From assembly GCA_944380395.1 (NCBI GenBank), contig CALWHM010000001.1:38090-102089 (forward strand): a stretch of 64,000 bases of DNA, in the 5' to 3' direction. This stretch comes from an uncultured Clostridia bacterium. GTDB lineage: Bacteria; Bacillota; Clostridia; Christensenellales; UBA3700. The position numbers were made by a program, and so were the translations under genes. The stretch's first letter is position 1. Every line of letters begins with the position of its first letter. The notes beneath the pieces are model-generated. The model did not search any database and was not told the origin of the DNA. It saw only the letters and a list, made by a program, of their open reading frames with translations. Shown piece by piece: positions 1 to 8,985 of this stretch.

Positions 1-826
1 CTGCGCTCAAAGTGTTGGCAAGCAGCATTGTTATGGTCATAGGTCCGACTCCGCCGGGAACCGGAGTGATGAACGAGCATTTGGGCGCGACTTGCTCAAA
101 GTCCACGTCGCCTACCAATTTGCCGTCTACCCTGTTTATTCCCACATCGATGACTATCGCACCTTCTTTGACCATATCGCCCTTTAAGAAATCGGGTCTG
201 CCTATCGCCACTACTACGATATCGGCATTGCGCGTGTATCTTGCCAAATCTTTCGTCTTACTGTGGCATACGGTCACGGTGCAGTTTGCGTTTATCAAAA
301 GCATTGCCATAGGCTTGCCGACGGTGTTGGATCTGCCAATAACCACGGCGTCCTTCCCCGCAAGTTCCACACCCGTGGACGCAAGCAAATGCATTACTCC
401 CAGCGGCGTGCAGGAAACGGTGTTCGGCGTATTCATAGATAAAAGCCCCGTATTTGTCGGAGAAAAGCCGTCCACATCCTTACAGTCCGGAATAAGGGAC
501 AGCAGATATTTTTCATCGTATCCCTTGGGAAGAGGCAGCTGGACCAAAATGCCGTCCACGCCGTCGTCCGCCGCAAGCGAACGGATGCAATCGGCAATCT
601 CTTCCTGCGGCGTGCCGTTTTCGTATTTTTGGCATATGGAGCGGAATCCCACCTGCGCGCAGCCTTTTATCTTGTTGTTCACGTAAGTATGCGACGCGGG
701 ATCGTCCCCCACGATTATCACGGCAAGAGCGGGAACTCTTCCGAATTTTTCCGCAAATTTACCGGTTTTTTCCGCCAATTCAACTCTTATATCCGCCGAT
801 ACGGCTTTTCCGCTTATCAATTGCAT
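1..826 (-). CDS. folD: Bifunctional methylenetetrahydrofolate dehydrogenase/cyclohydrolase FolD; the C-terminal end runs off the window
   Basis: Manual minus-strand translation from the ATG at 826-824 gives MQLISGKAVSADIRVELAEK..., followed by GRSNTVGKPMAMLL and TPVPGGVGPMT motifs typical of FolD. It is absent from the ORF track because it is truncated at position 1. The plus-strand ORF 12..686 is its antisense shadow. Confidence 0.9.
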   Translation of the reverse strand, partial: MQLISGKAVSADIRVELAEKTGKFAEKFGRVPALAVIIVGDDPASHTYVNNKIKGCAQVGFRSICQKYENGTPQEEIADCIRSLAADDGVDGILVQLPLPKGYDEKYLLSLIPDCKDVDGFSPTNTGLLSMNTPNTVSCTPLGVMHLLASTGVELAGKDAVVIGRSNTVGKPMAMLLINANCTVTVCHSKTKDLARYTRNADIVVVAIGRPDFLKGDMVKEGAIVIDVGINRVDGKLVGDVDFEQVAPKCSFITPVPGGVGPMTITMLLANTLSA

Positions 827-1234
827 TTACTTTTCCTCCAACTTTTTGTATACGCCCGCAAGCACTCCGTTCACGAAAGAAGCGCTTTTATCCGTGGAAT
901 AACTCTTCACGATATCCAGCACTTCGCTTACCGATACGGGGAGCGGGATATCGTCCATATACTTCATCTCATACACGGCAAGAAGCAGCGCCGCCAGATC
1001 GGGCTTGAAAATGCGCTCCGGATTAAAGCCCGTTGTACAGCTTGAAATAAGCTCGGTCAGCTCATCGAAATGAGTCATAACTCCTTCGTAAACGGTTTGG
1101 ATATATTGCTTGTCCGCTTGAGTGATGTTTGAATCCGCACAGAGCAACTCCAATGTAAAGTCGTCCTTTTCCTTGCGGAACAGATATTCGAAAATCAATT
1201 TGTAAGCACTGTCTCTTGCAACTCTTCTGCTCAT
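827..1234 (-). CDS. nusB: Transcription antitermination factor NusB
   Basis: MSRRVARDSAYKLIFEY...FVNGVL is NusB-like. I chose the start at the internal ATG (1234), which removes a 26-aa extension that is not NusB-like. Confidence 0.9.
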   Translation of the reverse strand: MSRRVARDSAYKLIFEYLFRKEKDDFTLELLCADSNITQADKQYIQTVYEGVMTHFDELTELISSCTTGFNPERIFKPDLAALLLAVYEMKYMDDIPLPVSVSEVLDIVKSYSTDKSASFVNGVLAGVYKKLEEK

Positions 1235-1283
1235 ATAGCCCTCTTTGGAATAAAAAGCCCCGCCGCCCTCAGGCGGCGAGGAA

Positions 1284-1640
1284 TCAATCGTTGAAAACCA
1301 CGCCCGCGACAAATACGTTGATAGCTTTCACTTTGTAGTAGGTGGAACTTTCCACCGCCTGCTTTATCTTTTCCTGCATATCGCACACTACCTGCGGGAT
1401 AACATACCCGTAATAGACGTTTATAGCTATATCTATCGTAGCCATATTGTCCATAAGAGTGACGGTTATCGCGCTGGTCCTTTTCTTCCTGGACGGCGTG
1501 AACGTGGGTCCGTTATAGCCGACCTCGTACGATACGGAAGCCACCCCTTCCACCTGCGACGCCACGCCGCAGGCGATTGAGGATATAACGCTCATATAAG
1601 TATCTTTATTTGACAGATCCTGCTTATTGCTGCTTGCCAT
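1284..1640 (-). CDS. Asp23/Gls24 family envelope stress protein
   Basis: Asp23-like pattern (ISSIACGVASQVEGVASV ... VNVFVAGV). The start at MASSNK is preceded by GAGAGG. Confidence 0.8.
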   Translation of the reverse strand: MASSNKQDLSNKDTYMSVISSIACGVASQVEGVASVSYEVGYNGPTFTPSRKKRTSAITVTLMDNMATIDIAINVYYGYVIPQVVCDMQEKIKQAVESSTYYKVKAINVFVAGVVFND

Positions 1641-1728
1641 ATTTCCTCTCACGGGCATATATTATAATAATTATACCCTTATTGTAATAAGTTTAGCACA
1701 TATGAATTAAAAATACAAGTGTTTGCGC

Positions 1729-2232
1729 TTACTCCTCGGTATAAGGTACGACCACCACCTGCGTTGCGGTATAGTCGGTCTCCTGCAAAATGACGGACAG
1801 TATGCCGGAAACCTGCTCATTGGTCAGTTCGCTTTGAGATACGACCACGTTGATATTGTCCTCACTCATTGTGACCACCGCGTCCTCAAAGCCCTGCGCC
1901 TTTACAAGTCCTTCCAAGACAAGCTCGCGCTCTATGACGTCGATAAGTTCCAGCTTCTTTTCGTTCGCGGACGCTATCAGCTCTTCCGTTGAAGTATCCG
2001 AAGTGAGAATGGCTTCCAGAAGAGAAAATTCCTCCGCCCTAGCCGTTTCACGCTCCGCTCTGCAAGAGGTGAAGAAGGTTTCCGCAGTGGTCACGGTGCC
2101 GCCTTCGTCGCCCGATTGAACTATCTTGTCGTTGAGCACGAAGTTGAGCGTTCCCGTGACAATGAGCAACGCGACCATCGAACAAAGTACGATCACTTTT
2201 TTCGCATTTGCCGAAAGCTTTTTGATTTTCAT
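1729..2232 (-). CDS. spoIIIAH: Stage III sporulation protein AH
   Basis: N-terminal TM segment, then a YscJ/FliF-like soluble domain. It is the last gene of a colinear spoIIIAA-AH operon. Confidence 0.75.
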   Translation of the reverse strand: MKIKKLSANAKKVIVLCSMVALLIVTGTLNFVLNDKIVQSGDEGGTVTTAETFFTSCRAERETARAEEFSLLEAILTSDTSTEELIASANEKKLELIDVIERELVLEGLVKAQGFEDAVVTMSEDNINVVVSQSELTNEQVSGILSVILQETDYTATQVVVVPYTEE

Positions 2233-2250
2233 ATATTACCTCCGTAGGGT

Positions 2251-2631
2251 TTAATTTTTGCCGTATACTTTGATTTTTCCGCCGTCCACATCCAACAGCG
2301 TGCATATTATATCTATTATCTTGAGTTTTACCTTCATATCGCTTGCGCCTTCTGCGGACACCACTACTCCTTCCGCGCTTCCGTCTTCCGCATAAGTTAT
2401 CATAACGTTGCACTCTCCCACGCCCGCTATGCTTTCAAGCATAGTCTGCAGCCTGGCTTCATCGGACATACTCTGCGACTGCGGCGTATACACGGGCGTA
2501 TCCTCATCACGGCTGCCGCTTACCCCCATATAAATCAAAAGGGCTATGCACACCGCCGCGGCAAGCAAGACTATCTCTATGTGTTTGACGGTCTTTAATT
2601 TCTCCGCAAAGTTTTTAAGTTTCCCCTTCAT
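2251..2631 (-). CDS. spoIIIAG: Stage III sporulation protein AG (short form)
   Basis: One TM segment, then LESIAGVGECNVMITY...GVVVSAEG...IIDIICTLLDV, which matches the SpoIIIAG ring-building motif. Operon position agrees. Confidence 0.75.
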   Translation of the reverse strand: MKGKLKNFAEKLKTVKHIEIVLLAAAVCIALLIYMGVSGSRDEDTPVYTPQSQSMSDEARLQTMLESIAGVGECNVMITYAEDGSAEGVVVSAEGASDMKVKLKIIDIICTLLDVDGGKIKVYGKN

Positions 2632-2655
2632 TATTGCAGTCCTCTTGCCTTCTTT

Positions 2656-2976
2656 TCACGATAACGTTCCGTTTTCAATAATATATATATTTGCGGAAAT
2701 CTGCGTTATGCAGGCAAATCCGTCTTCTTTTTCCTCTTCTTGCATATCCTGCAATTTTTCCAGCAATTCTTCATCTGCGGTTATGGAGGAATTATCGAAG
2801 ATGTCCCCGAACGAATCAGAATTGAGAAGAAACGGGATCGGCGCAACAATTGCCGCAACCACGAATATAGCCAAAAAACCCTTGATATATTTCGCCGTTT
2901 CCCCTTCGGGCAGTAAAATATCCGCCAAAGTTGCCAACGCTATCACGCCCACAACGCCCATTATCCAACCGCTCAT
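2656..2976 (-). CDS. spoIIIAF: Stage III sporulation protein AF (short form)
   Basis: The N-terminus WIMGVVGVIALATLADILLPEGETAKYIKG resembles the SpoIIIAF N-terminal TM region. Operon position between AE and AG agrees. Confidence 0.65.
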   Translation of the reverse strand: MSGWIMGVVGVIALATLADILLPEGETAKYIKGFLAIFVVAAIVAPIPFLLNSDSFGDIFDNSSITADEELLEKLQDMQEEEKEDGFACITQISANIYIIENGTLS

Positions 2977-4166
2977 ATTACCCCCGCATTACACGTGCCG
3001 ATTATCAGCATGACCAAAATTATAAACATAAATGCCATTCCCGACGGAGCGGCAATAAGCAAAGACGTATTCTTAGACACCCCGTATAACAGATCGCTTA
3101 TCCGTTTGTCCGAACATATCGGTTCGCACAACCCCGCCGTCAGTTTAAGCCCGAGCGTGAACACCGCCGTTTGGACCACGGGAACGGCAACGCACGCGAA
3201 TAAAACCAACACGCTGACCAATCCGAATGCGTTTTTTATCAAAATTATACCCGTAAGCGCCAGATCCAAGCCGTCCGACAGATATCCGCCGAGAATAGGA
3301 ATGTAACTTTGCACGGCGAACTTGGCCGTTTTGACAGATATGGAATCGGCTATTCCGCCCGTCAATCCCTGCATTGTGAGAAACGCAGCGAACAGAGAAA
3401 ATGCCCCCGCAAGTACGAATACCGCCACGGATTTGAAAAACTTTGTCAGTCTGCCCAGCTTTATATTCGAAGAGATATTGCCCACTATGCTCAAAACGAC
3501 CGCCGCGACAAAACACGGCAATACAAGCGACGATATAACGCTGCCTATCCCCACGGACAGCGCAGCCATAAGCGGACTGTACACTCCCGCGGCGGCGGAA
3601 GAACCGAGTACTGTTATAAGCGTTAACAGCACGGGGAACACCGCCTGCATAAAGCCGCACATTCCCTCCACAATCTCTTTTACTTGAATCACAACCGCCG
3701 TTATTTGAACGGATAAGATGACAATTATAGCCGCATAGCAGGCAAAATGCACAATTTCCCGTGTGTTGTCTTTCAAAAATCCGGAAGAAAGTCCTTGCAT
3801 CATACTTGTCATAACCGCTATTGCGAATATGGCGGCAAAGGCGGGAATACAGCTCTTTATGCCGCCGGTGACGGCGTTTAAGATAACGGAAGATAACCGT
3901 TCCGCGCCCAACGTAAATTCACCGTTCAGCACTGCGCGCACCATTTCCTCCACCCCCTGTGAAAAAGCGGCGTCTGCGCCGTATTGCTTAGCCCATTCCT
4001 CAAGCTCCGAAAAATCTATCGCGTCCAAGCCTTCGCTTACTTTCTCTTCAAGTTCTTCCCTGACTTCGTTTTCCGCCGCGCCCTCTTCCTCTCCGACTGC
4101 GGCAAGCGGGAACAAGCAAAATCCTATAAGCAAAAATATCGGTATAAGCAGCGATAACTTTTTCAT
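2973..4166 (-). CDS. spoIIIAE: Stage III sporulation protein AE (polytopic membrane protein)
   Basis: 397 aa with a signal-like N-terminus and multiple TM helices. Operon position agrees. Confidence 0.85.
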   Translation of the reverse strand: MKKLSLLIPIFLLIGFCLFPLAAVGEEEGAAENEVREELEEKVSEGLDAIDFSELEEWAKQYGADAAFSQGVEEMVRAVLNGEFTLGAERLSSVILNAVTGGIKSCIPAFAAIFAIAVMTSMMQGLSSGFLKDNTREIVHFACYAAIIVILSVQITAVVIQVKEIVEGMCGFMQAVFPVLLTLITVLGSSAAAGVYSPLMAALSVGIGSVISSLVLPCFVAAVVLSIVGNISSNIKLGRLTKFFKSVAVFVLAGAFSLFAAFLTMQGLTGGIADSISVKTAKFAVQSYIPILGGYLSDGLDLALTGIILIKNAFGLVSVLVLFACVAVPVVQTAVFTLGLKLTAGLCEPICSDKRISDLLYGVSKNTSLLIAAPSGMAFMFIILVMLIIGTCNAGVI

Positions 4167-4549
4167 GATATAAGTGCAGAGATGGCTTTTATCAAAGCCG
4201 TTACTACGGGCATTGCAGTCAAAAATATGGTTATTTTGCCAGCAAGCGATATTTTTTTGCCTATGGAAGCGCAGTCCAAATCATTGCACAAACTTACGGA
4301 ATACTCAGTTAAATACCCTATTCCTATTATTTTCAGCAGAGATGAAAACAGCGATCTGTTCAATCCCGTTTTATCCACTATCTCCTCAAAAGCGACGATA
4401 ACATCCGTTAAAGCGGATATGACTATTACCAAAATTACTATACCCGTGGCTATAACCGCCATGGGCGCATACTCGCTGCGCGTATTGCGGAGCATCATTG
4501 CGGCTATTGCGCCGATAAGTCCTATCCCTATTACTTTTATTATATCCAT
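4163..4549 (-). CDS. spoIIIAD: Stage III sporulation protein AD
   Basis: 128-aa, 4-TM protein (MDIIKVIGIGLIGAI...). Synteny agrees. Confidence 0.85.
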   Translation of the reverse strand: MDIIKVIGIGLIGAIAAMMLRNTRSEYAPMAVIATGIVILVIVISALTDVIVAFEEIVDKTGLNRSLFSSLLKIIGIGYLTEYSVSLCNDLDCASIGKKISLAGKITIFLTAMPVVTALIKAISALIS

Positions 4550-4746
4550 CAGTACAAATTCAACAAAGAGCGCAGACTGTCAAACAGTCCGCCAAGCATA
4601 TCCAATATCATAACGAGCACTATGATTAGCCCCGCCAAAGTGACGAATGTGGCTATTTCGTCCTTATCGCTCTTTTTCAAAATTATATTTATTATTGCGG
4701 TCAGAATGCCTACGCCCGCTATCTTGAATATAGACTCTATCTCCAT
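4549..4746 (-). CDS. spoIIIAC: Stage III sporulation protein AC
   Basis: 65-aa, 2-TM protein (FKIAGVGILTAIINIILKKSDKDE). Synteny agrees. Confidence 0.85.
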   Translation of the reverse strand: MEIESIFKIAGVGILTAIINIILKKSDKDEIATFVTLAGLIIVLVMILDMLGGLFDSLRSLLNLY

Positions 4747-4754
4747 TTCCCCTC

Positions 4755-5255
4755 CTATGCGGCAAGTATCATAGCGGCTATCCCCAACACTACGCCCAAT
4801 TTGAAAGCAAGCGTGCCTGTTGTTTCGTATTTTTTCGTGTAATAACTCAATGGAGCGTCCGCAGCCGCCCTAGCTTTACGCAAATTTTCAAGCTGAGTAT
4901 CCGCATCCACTTTCCCCAATCCGTAAAATACGCCTGAAAGCCGCGCTCTCTGCTTTTTTTCGATATACGGAGAAGCGAACAGACCGTCAAACATTTCCCT
5001 GCGGATATCCCCCTCTTCCAGCATTGAGCAGTATTTTCCGAGTATTTTGATAAATTCTCCCTTTTTATCCCTGCAATATTCTTTCGTGCTCGATATCAGC
5101 GGCGTTTTCAGAAAACCTATATCTTCCTGAAGATAGTCCAGATACCCTGCGTATTGCTCATATATCTCTTTTCTTTTGCGGTAATATGCGCGTATACCTA
5201 TTCCCGCATATGAAAAACAGGCAAACAATATCCCTCCTAGGACAAGTTCAAGCAT
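4755..5255 (-). CDS. spoIIIAB: Stage III sporulation protein AB
   Basis: The start at MLELVLGG overlaps the spoIIIAA stop by 8 nt. TM helices at the N and C termini flank a soluble domain. Confidence 0.8.
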   Translation of the reverse strand: MLELVLGGILFACFSYAGIGIRAYYRKRKEIYEQYAGYLDYLQEDIGFLKTPLISSTKEYCRDKKGEFIKILGKYCSMLEEGDIRREMFDGLFASPYIEKKQRARLSGVFYGLGKVDADTQLENLRKARAAADAPLSYYTKKYETTGTLAFKLGVVLGIAAMILAA

Positions 5256-6096
5256 TATTTTCCCTCCCGTCATACACCGCCGCCACCCTGCCGATATCTT
5301 CCAACACCACAAAATAGCGCATAACGTTCAGCAGAGGACGATATATCGCCGCGGAATACACTTCGCCGATCCCGCCCGCGTGCAAGGAAGCAAATACCGT
5401 AACTCCGCAGCGCGATATGTCGCATATTGCCTGCACCTCTCTTTCCCCAAACACTTCGTCGGTAATTATAATGTCGGGACGCATAGTGCGCACCAACGTT
5501 TCGTATGCGGTTATCTTGGGAATATTGCACGCTACATCGCACATATCGCCCGTTTCCACTGTCACCTGTCCGTCTTCAACGGGAATCAGTTCTCCCCTCT
5601 CATCCAAAACAAGCACGTTTTTATCCCGTGAAAGTATTCGCGCGCATTCGCGCAGCATGGTCGTCTTGCCCAAACCGGGAGGTGAAATTATAAGAGTGTT
5701 TGCCGCATTTTTCAAGATGTCGCGCAGCTTATCGCAGCAGCCTTTGACTTCGTGCGGCACTCTTATGCACAGCGAGGTGATATTTTTCAGTGTGAAGAGT
5801 TTTCCGTCTTTCAGAACTCCCTCTCCGCATATACCGAGCCTATACCCCTTACCGCATACCAAATACCCGCGGGCGATGCTGTCATTTGCCGCATACACGG
5901 AGTGCCCCGAAGCAACGGCAACGGCTCGCTCTATATCTTCCGCCGTAACTATACAGTCCTCAATGATAAAATACCGCCCGTTTTTGGCATAACAAAGCGG
6001 CTTTCCCGCACGTAATCTCAGTTCGGAAATCTCATCCTCTCCCGCCAGCGCAAACACCGCGTTATATATGCTTTCACTCAATAACTTGTCCAACAT
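5248..6096 (-). CDS. spoIIIAA: Stage III sporulation protein AA (secretion-type ATPase)
   Basis: Walker A motif PPGLGKTT, Walker B-like VLVLDE and IIITDE. It is the first gene of the spoIIIA operon. Confidence 0.9.
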   Translation of the reverse strand: MLDKLLSESIYNAVFALAGEDEISELRLRAGKPLCYAKNGRYFIIEDCIVTAEDIERAVAVASGHSVYAANDSIARGYLVCGKGYRLGICGEGVLKDGKLFTLKNITSLCIRVPHEVKGCCDKLRDILKNAANTLIISPPGLGKTTMLRECARILSRDKNVLVLDERGELIPVEDGQVTVETGDMCDVACNIPKITAYETLVRTMRPDIIITDEVFGEREVQAICDISRCGVTVFASLHAGGIGEVYSAAIYRPLLNVMRYFVVLEDIGRVAAVYDGRENNA

Positions 6097-6104
6097 CTCA
6101 GTTT

Positions 6105-6133
6105 AATATATTTGGACAAGCGGCAAAATATGA
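6105..6133 (-). promoter_or_regulatory. Possible sigma-E type promoter of spoIIIA
   Basis: Minus strand reads TCATATT, a 14-nt spacer, then AATATATT, against the sigma-E consensus (ATA-containing -35 / CATACAnT). The -10 match is only partial and it lies very close to the ATG. Confidence 0.3.
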
Positions 6134-6427
6134 CTACCCGCGCGGGCGCATGCGTTTAATTCGTGCGTGCAATGACAGCAATTTTTTATTTTCTATCTTG
6201 CGCCCCGCTTTGGAATAAAAATAAAAAGTAAGAAAGATAAACGGCGCCGTGGGAAGCAGCGGCAGCACTACGCCCAGACAGCCGATAAATAAAAAGACCG
6301 TCCCGGCTATTGTCATAAACATATTAAAAACTTTTTTATCATGCTTAACGCGCGGCTTTGGGTGAATATTTCCACCTGCATTAACTATATCGTGGGAATA
6401 TATAAAACGCGCGGTCACCTTCTTCAT
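6134..6427 (-). CDS. Small membrane protein, DUF454/YbaN-like N-terminal half
   Basis: LGVVLPLLPTAPFIFL resembles the YbaN signature, but the protein ends after the first TM pair. The start is uncertain. The TTG at 6463 lies inside the efp terminator, so I rejected it. Confidence 0.35.
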   Translation of the reverse strand: MKKVTARFIYSHDIVNAGGNIHPKPRVKHDKKVFNMFMTIAGTVFLFIGCLGVVLPLLPTAPFIFLTFYFYSKAGRKIENKKLLSLHARIKRMRPRG

Positions 6428-6460
6428 ATTAAAAAATATGTGAAGAAACCGCGCAAATTG

Positions 6461-6491
6461 CAAAAAAATATCCGCCCGAAAGCGGATATTT
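6461..6491 (-). terminator. Rho-independent terminator after efp
   Basis: Minus strand AATATCCGC-TTTCGG-GCGGATATT followed by TTTTTTTG. Confidence 0.7.
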
Positions 6492-6504
6492 GAGATATTT
6501 GATA

Positions 6505-7071
6505 TTAAACCCTGGACATATAAGATCCCGTGCGGGTATCCACCCTGATTTTGTCGCCTTCGTTTACGAACAGCGGCACATTGAGGGTATATCCCGTTTC
6601 AAGCGTTGCGGGCTTGGACGCGCCCGTGGCGGTGTTGCCCTTAACGCCCGGCTCACTGTGAACGATGGTGAGTTCCACAAAGTTGGGAGCTTCCACGGAG
6701 AAGGGACTGCCGTTATAGAAGTTGATGGTAACTTCACCGTTTTCGGGCACGAACTGCAAGGCTTCCTTGCACACTTCGCCGTTGAGCGGGATCATGTCGA
6801 ACGTTTCGGGATCCATAAAGTAGTACAGATCGCCGTCGTTGTACGAATAGGTATAAGGTTTGCGTTGAATGTGGGCGGTGGGGAACTTATCCGTGGGGTT
6901 GAAAGTCTTTTCAATTACGCCGCCGGAAATGACGTTGCGCAGCTTTGTGCGCACGAATGCGGCGCCCTTACCCGGTTTGACGTGCAAAAAGTCAACGATG
7001 GTGTAAACCTTGCCGTCCATCTCAAAAGTAACGCCGTTCCTGAAATCACCTGCCATTACGAAATCAGCCAT
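6505..7071 (-). CDS. efp: Elongation factor P
   Basis: AGDFRNG...[16 protein letters not shown]...VPLFVNEGD is a classic EF-P sequence. GGAGG lies 8 nt upstream. Confidence 0.95.
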   Translation of the reverse strand: MADFVMAGDFRNGVTFEMDGKVYTIVDFLHVKPGKGAAFVRTKLRNVISGGVIEKTFNPTDKFPTAHIQRKPYTYSYNDGDLYYFMDPETFDMIPLNGEVCKEALQFVPENGEVTINFYNGSPFSVEAPNFVELTIVHSEPGVKGNTATGASKPATLETGYTLNVPLFVNEGDKIRVDTRTGSYMSRV

Positions 7072-7091
7072 AAAGAACCTCCGATGTTAGT

Positions 7092-8150
7092 CTACTTAAT
7101 AATAATAAGGGATTTATCCGACTTTGTCAAATTATCCGCGCCATCTTGTGTAATTTTTAGCATATCTTCTATGCGAATGCCGAAATTACCGTCAAAATAC
7201 AGCCCCGGCTCCACCGTTACCACATTTCCCGCGCGGAAAGGCGCAGCGTTGTAATAAGGCGCCTCGTGGATATCTATGCCCACTCCGTGCCCCAGCGAAT
7301 GCGTAAAATTCTTCTCCACTCCCCGTTCTTTGAAAAACGCCCGTATGTCGTCCTGCACCTGTTTGCCTATTACGCCTGCACGCAGAGAGGCAACGCCGCG
7401 CATATTGGCTTGTAAAACAGTGTCGTAGGCTTCTGCTTTGCGCCCGTCTATACTCCCGAACGCGACAGTCCGCGTCATATCCGAACAATACCCTTGCCAT
7501 TTGGCGCCGAAATCCATAGTGATAAAGTCGCCTTCACGCAGCTCTCTGTCGGAACGATGAGCGTGCGGTTTTGCTCCGTTTTCTCCGAACGCCATAATCG
7601 TGTCGAAAGCCAAGCCCGCGCCCTTGCTTTGCATAATGAATTCCAAACGCGCGGCAAGCTCTATCTCCGTTACGCCCGCCTTGATATATTTGAGTATTTC
7701 ACCGAAGGCAAAGTCTGTTATTGACTGAGCTTTTTTGATTAGATCAAACTCAAAAGAACTTTTAACCGAACGCATTTGGGCAATCACGGGCGAAATATCC
7801 TTTATGCACCCGAACGCCGTGCCCGGTTTTTTCATTGCCGCAAGGGCGAATTTATACTGAGAATGCGACATATAAAACTCCACACCCACCCTAACACAGC
7901 TTTTTAACAACTTGCACGCTTCAAGAATGCTTCCTTCCCGAATGGTGAAAGCGGACGAAATTCGTTCGGACGCTTCCGTAAGATAGCGCTTATCGGTAAA
8001 GTAAAACACGCCTTTTTGAGTGACGGCTATCGCCGCCTGCGTGGACGCATACCCGGTCAGATATATCCTGTTTGCTTCGGTGCATATCAATGCGCCGTCA
8101 ACTTTGGCAAGCCGCAAAATACGCTTGCACTCATCAGCGCTTAACGGCAT
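7092..8150 (-). CDS. M24 family Xaa-Pro aminopeptidase/dipeptidase
   Basis: Metal-ligand pattern DFG...SDMTR...HGVGIDIHE...EPG...IEDM. The efp-adjacent position matches many Firmicutes. Confidence 0.85.
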   Translation of the reverse strand: MPLSADECKRILRLAKVDGALICTEANRIYLTGYASTQAAIAVTQKGVFYFTDKRYLTEASERISSAFTIREGSILEACKLLKSCVRVGVEFYMSHSQYKFALAAMKKPGTAFGCIKDISPVIAQMRSVKSSFEFDLIKKAQSITDFAFGEILKYIKAGVTEIELAARLEFIMQSKGAGLAFDTIMAFGENGAKPHAHRSDRELREGDFITMDFGAKWQGYCSDMTRTVAFGSIDGRKAEAYDTVLQANMRGVASLRAGVIGKQVQDDIRAFFKERGVEKNFTHSLGHGVGIDIHEAPYYNAAPFRAGNVVTVEPGLYFDGNFGIRIEDMLKITQDGADNLTKSDKSLIIIK

Positions 8151-8985
8151 AATAACTCCTCCTCATAAGCTGCGCGTCGCGCGTCTGCGTTCCAGCGCTT
8201 TCGCATATCACATACGGCTGCAATCCGTATTCAGCAAATACTTGCATAAGCGGCTCATAGGGCGGACCATACTTTTCGTCGTCGAAAGTGAGGTGCCTGA
8301 CTTCGCCCTTGCCTGAATACTCAATCTTGGAAAAATGCACATGCATTATATTCGTCTTTTCTTCACCCACGCCCTGCAAAAGTTTGTCTATGACGCGTTT
8401 ATAGTCGTCCTTGGTAAAGAACACGCCTTGATCCCGCGCGTTCAGATGACCGAAATCCACGCAAGGGATAAATGAAGAATCCAAAGAGCACATCCTTATC
8501 ACTTCATCCAGTGAACCGAGCTGAGCTTGCTTTCCCATGGTTTCAAGGCAAAGCAACTTGTCGTCATACCCGTATTCGTGTTTGAGCACAGCCACTTTTT
8601 CCAATCTCTTCATTAAAATATCCATAGCGGCGCCCCTTTCCTCTTTCAAAGGCGAACCGGGATGAATTACGCACCTGTTTCCGCCGAACCACGTAAGCGC
8701 GGCAAGCGAATCGAATATATAGCGGTGGTTATTCTCCGCTTTTTCCTCTTCCTTGGTAGCCAAATTTATAAAGTAAGGAGCGTGAACGGATATCTCTTTA
8801 TTCAGTTTGGCAAACTCCGCGCCTATGGCTGTGGCGGTGTCCTGCCGTATCCTTACTCCTCTGCCGAAAGAATATTCAAAGCAGTCCAACTCATGCTCTG
8901 CAAGCCATTGCGGCATCTCCTCCGTATGAGTGTGCCCTGCCAAAGTAAAATCTTCACTTGTTCCGCTGGGACCGAACTTTATCAT
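8134..8985 (-). CDS. Xylose-isomerase-like TIM-barrel protein (AP endonuclease family 2 / endonuclease IV-like)
   Basis: MIKFGPSG...HAPYFINL...CVIHPG...CLETMG...DFGHLNA...HVHFS...ICES resembles the endonuclease IV fold metal-ligand order. The start overlaps the 3' end of ribF by about 32 nt. Confidence 0.7.
   Translation of the reverse strand: MIKFGPSGTSEDFTLAGHTHTEEMPQWLAEHELDCFEYSFGRGVRIRQDTATAIGAEFAKLNKEISVHAPYFINLATKEEEKAENNHRYIFDSLAALTWFGGNRCVIHPGSPLKEERGAAMDILMKRLEKVAVLKHEYGYDDKLLCLETMGKQAQLGSLDEVIRMCSLDSSFIPCVDFGHLNARDQGVFFTKDDYKRVIDKLLQGVGEEKTNIMHVHFSKIEYSGKGEVRHLTFDDEKYGPPYEPLMQVFAEYGLQPYVICESAGTQTRDAQLMRRSYYAVKR

Noticed and set aside
2048-3660. Arg-rich alternative-frame ORFs inside the spoIIIA genes: 2048..2413 and 3145..3660 on the minus strand, and 3309..3626 on the plus strand.
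   Set aside because: They are out-of-frame overlaps of clearly coding membrane-protein genes. Their composition (Arg/Gly/Cys-rich) is typical of frame-shifted GC-rich codons.
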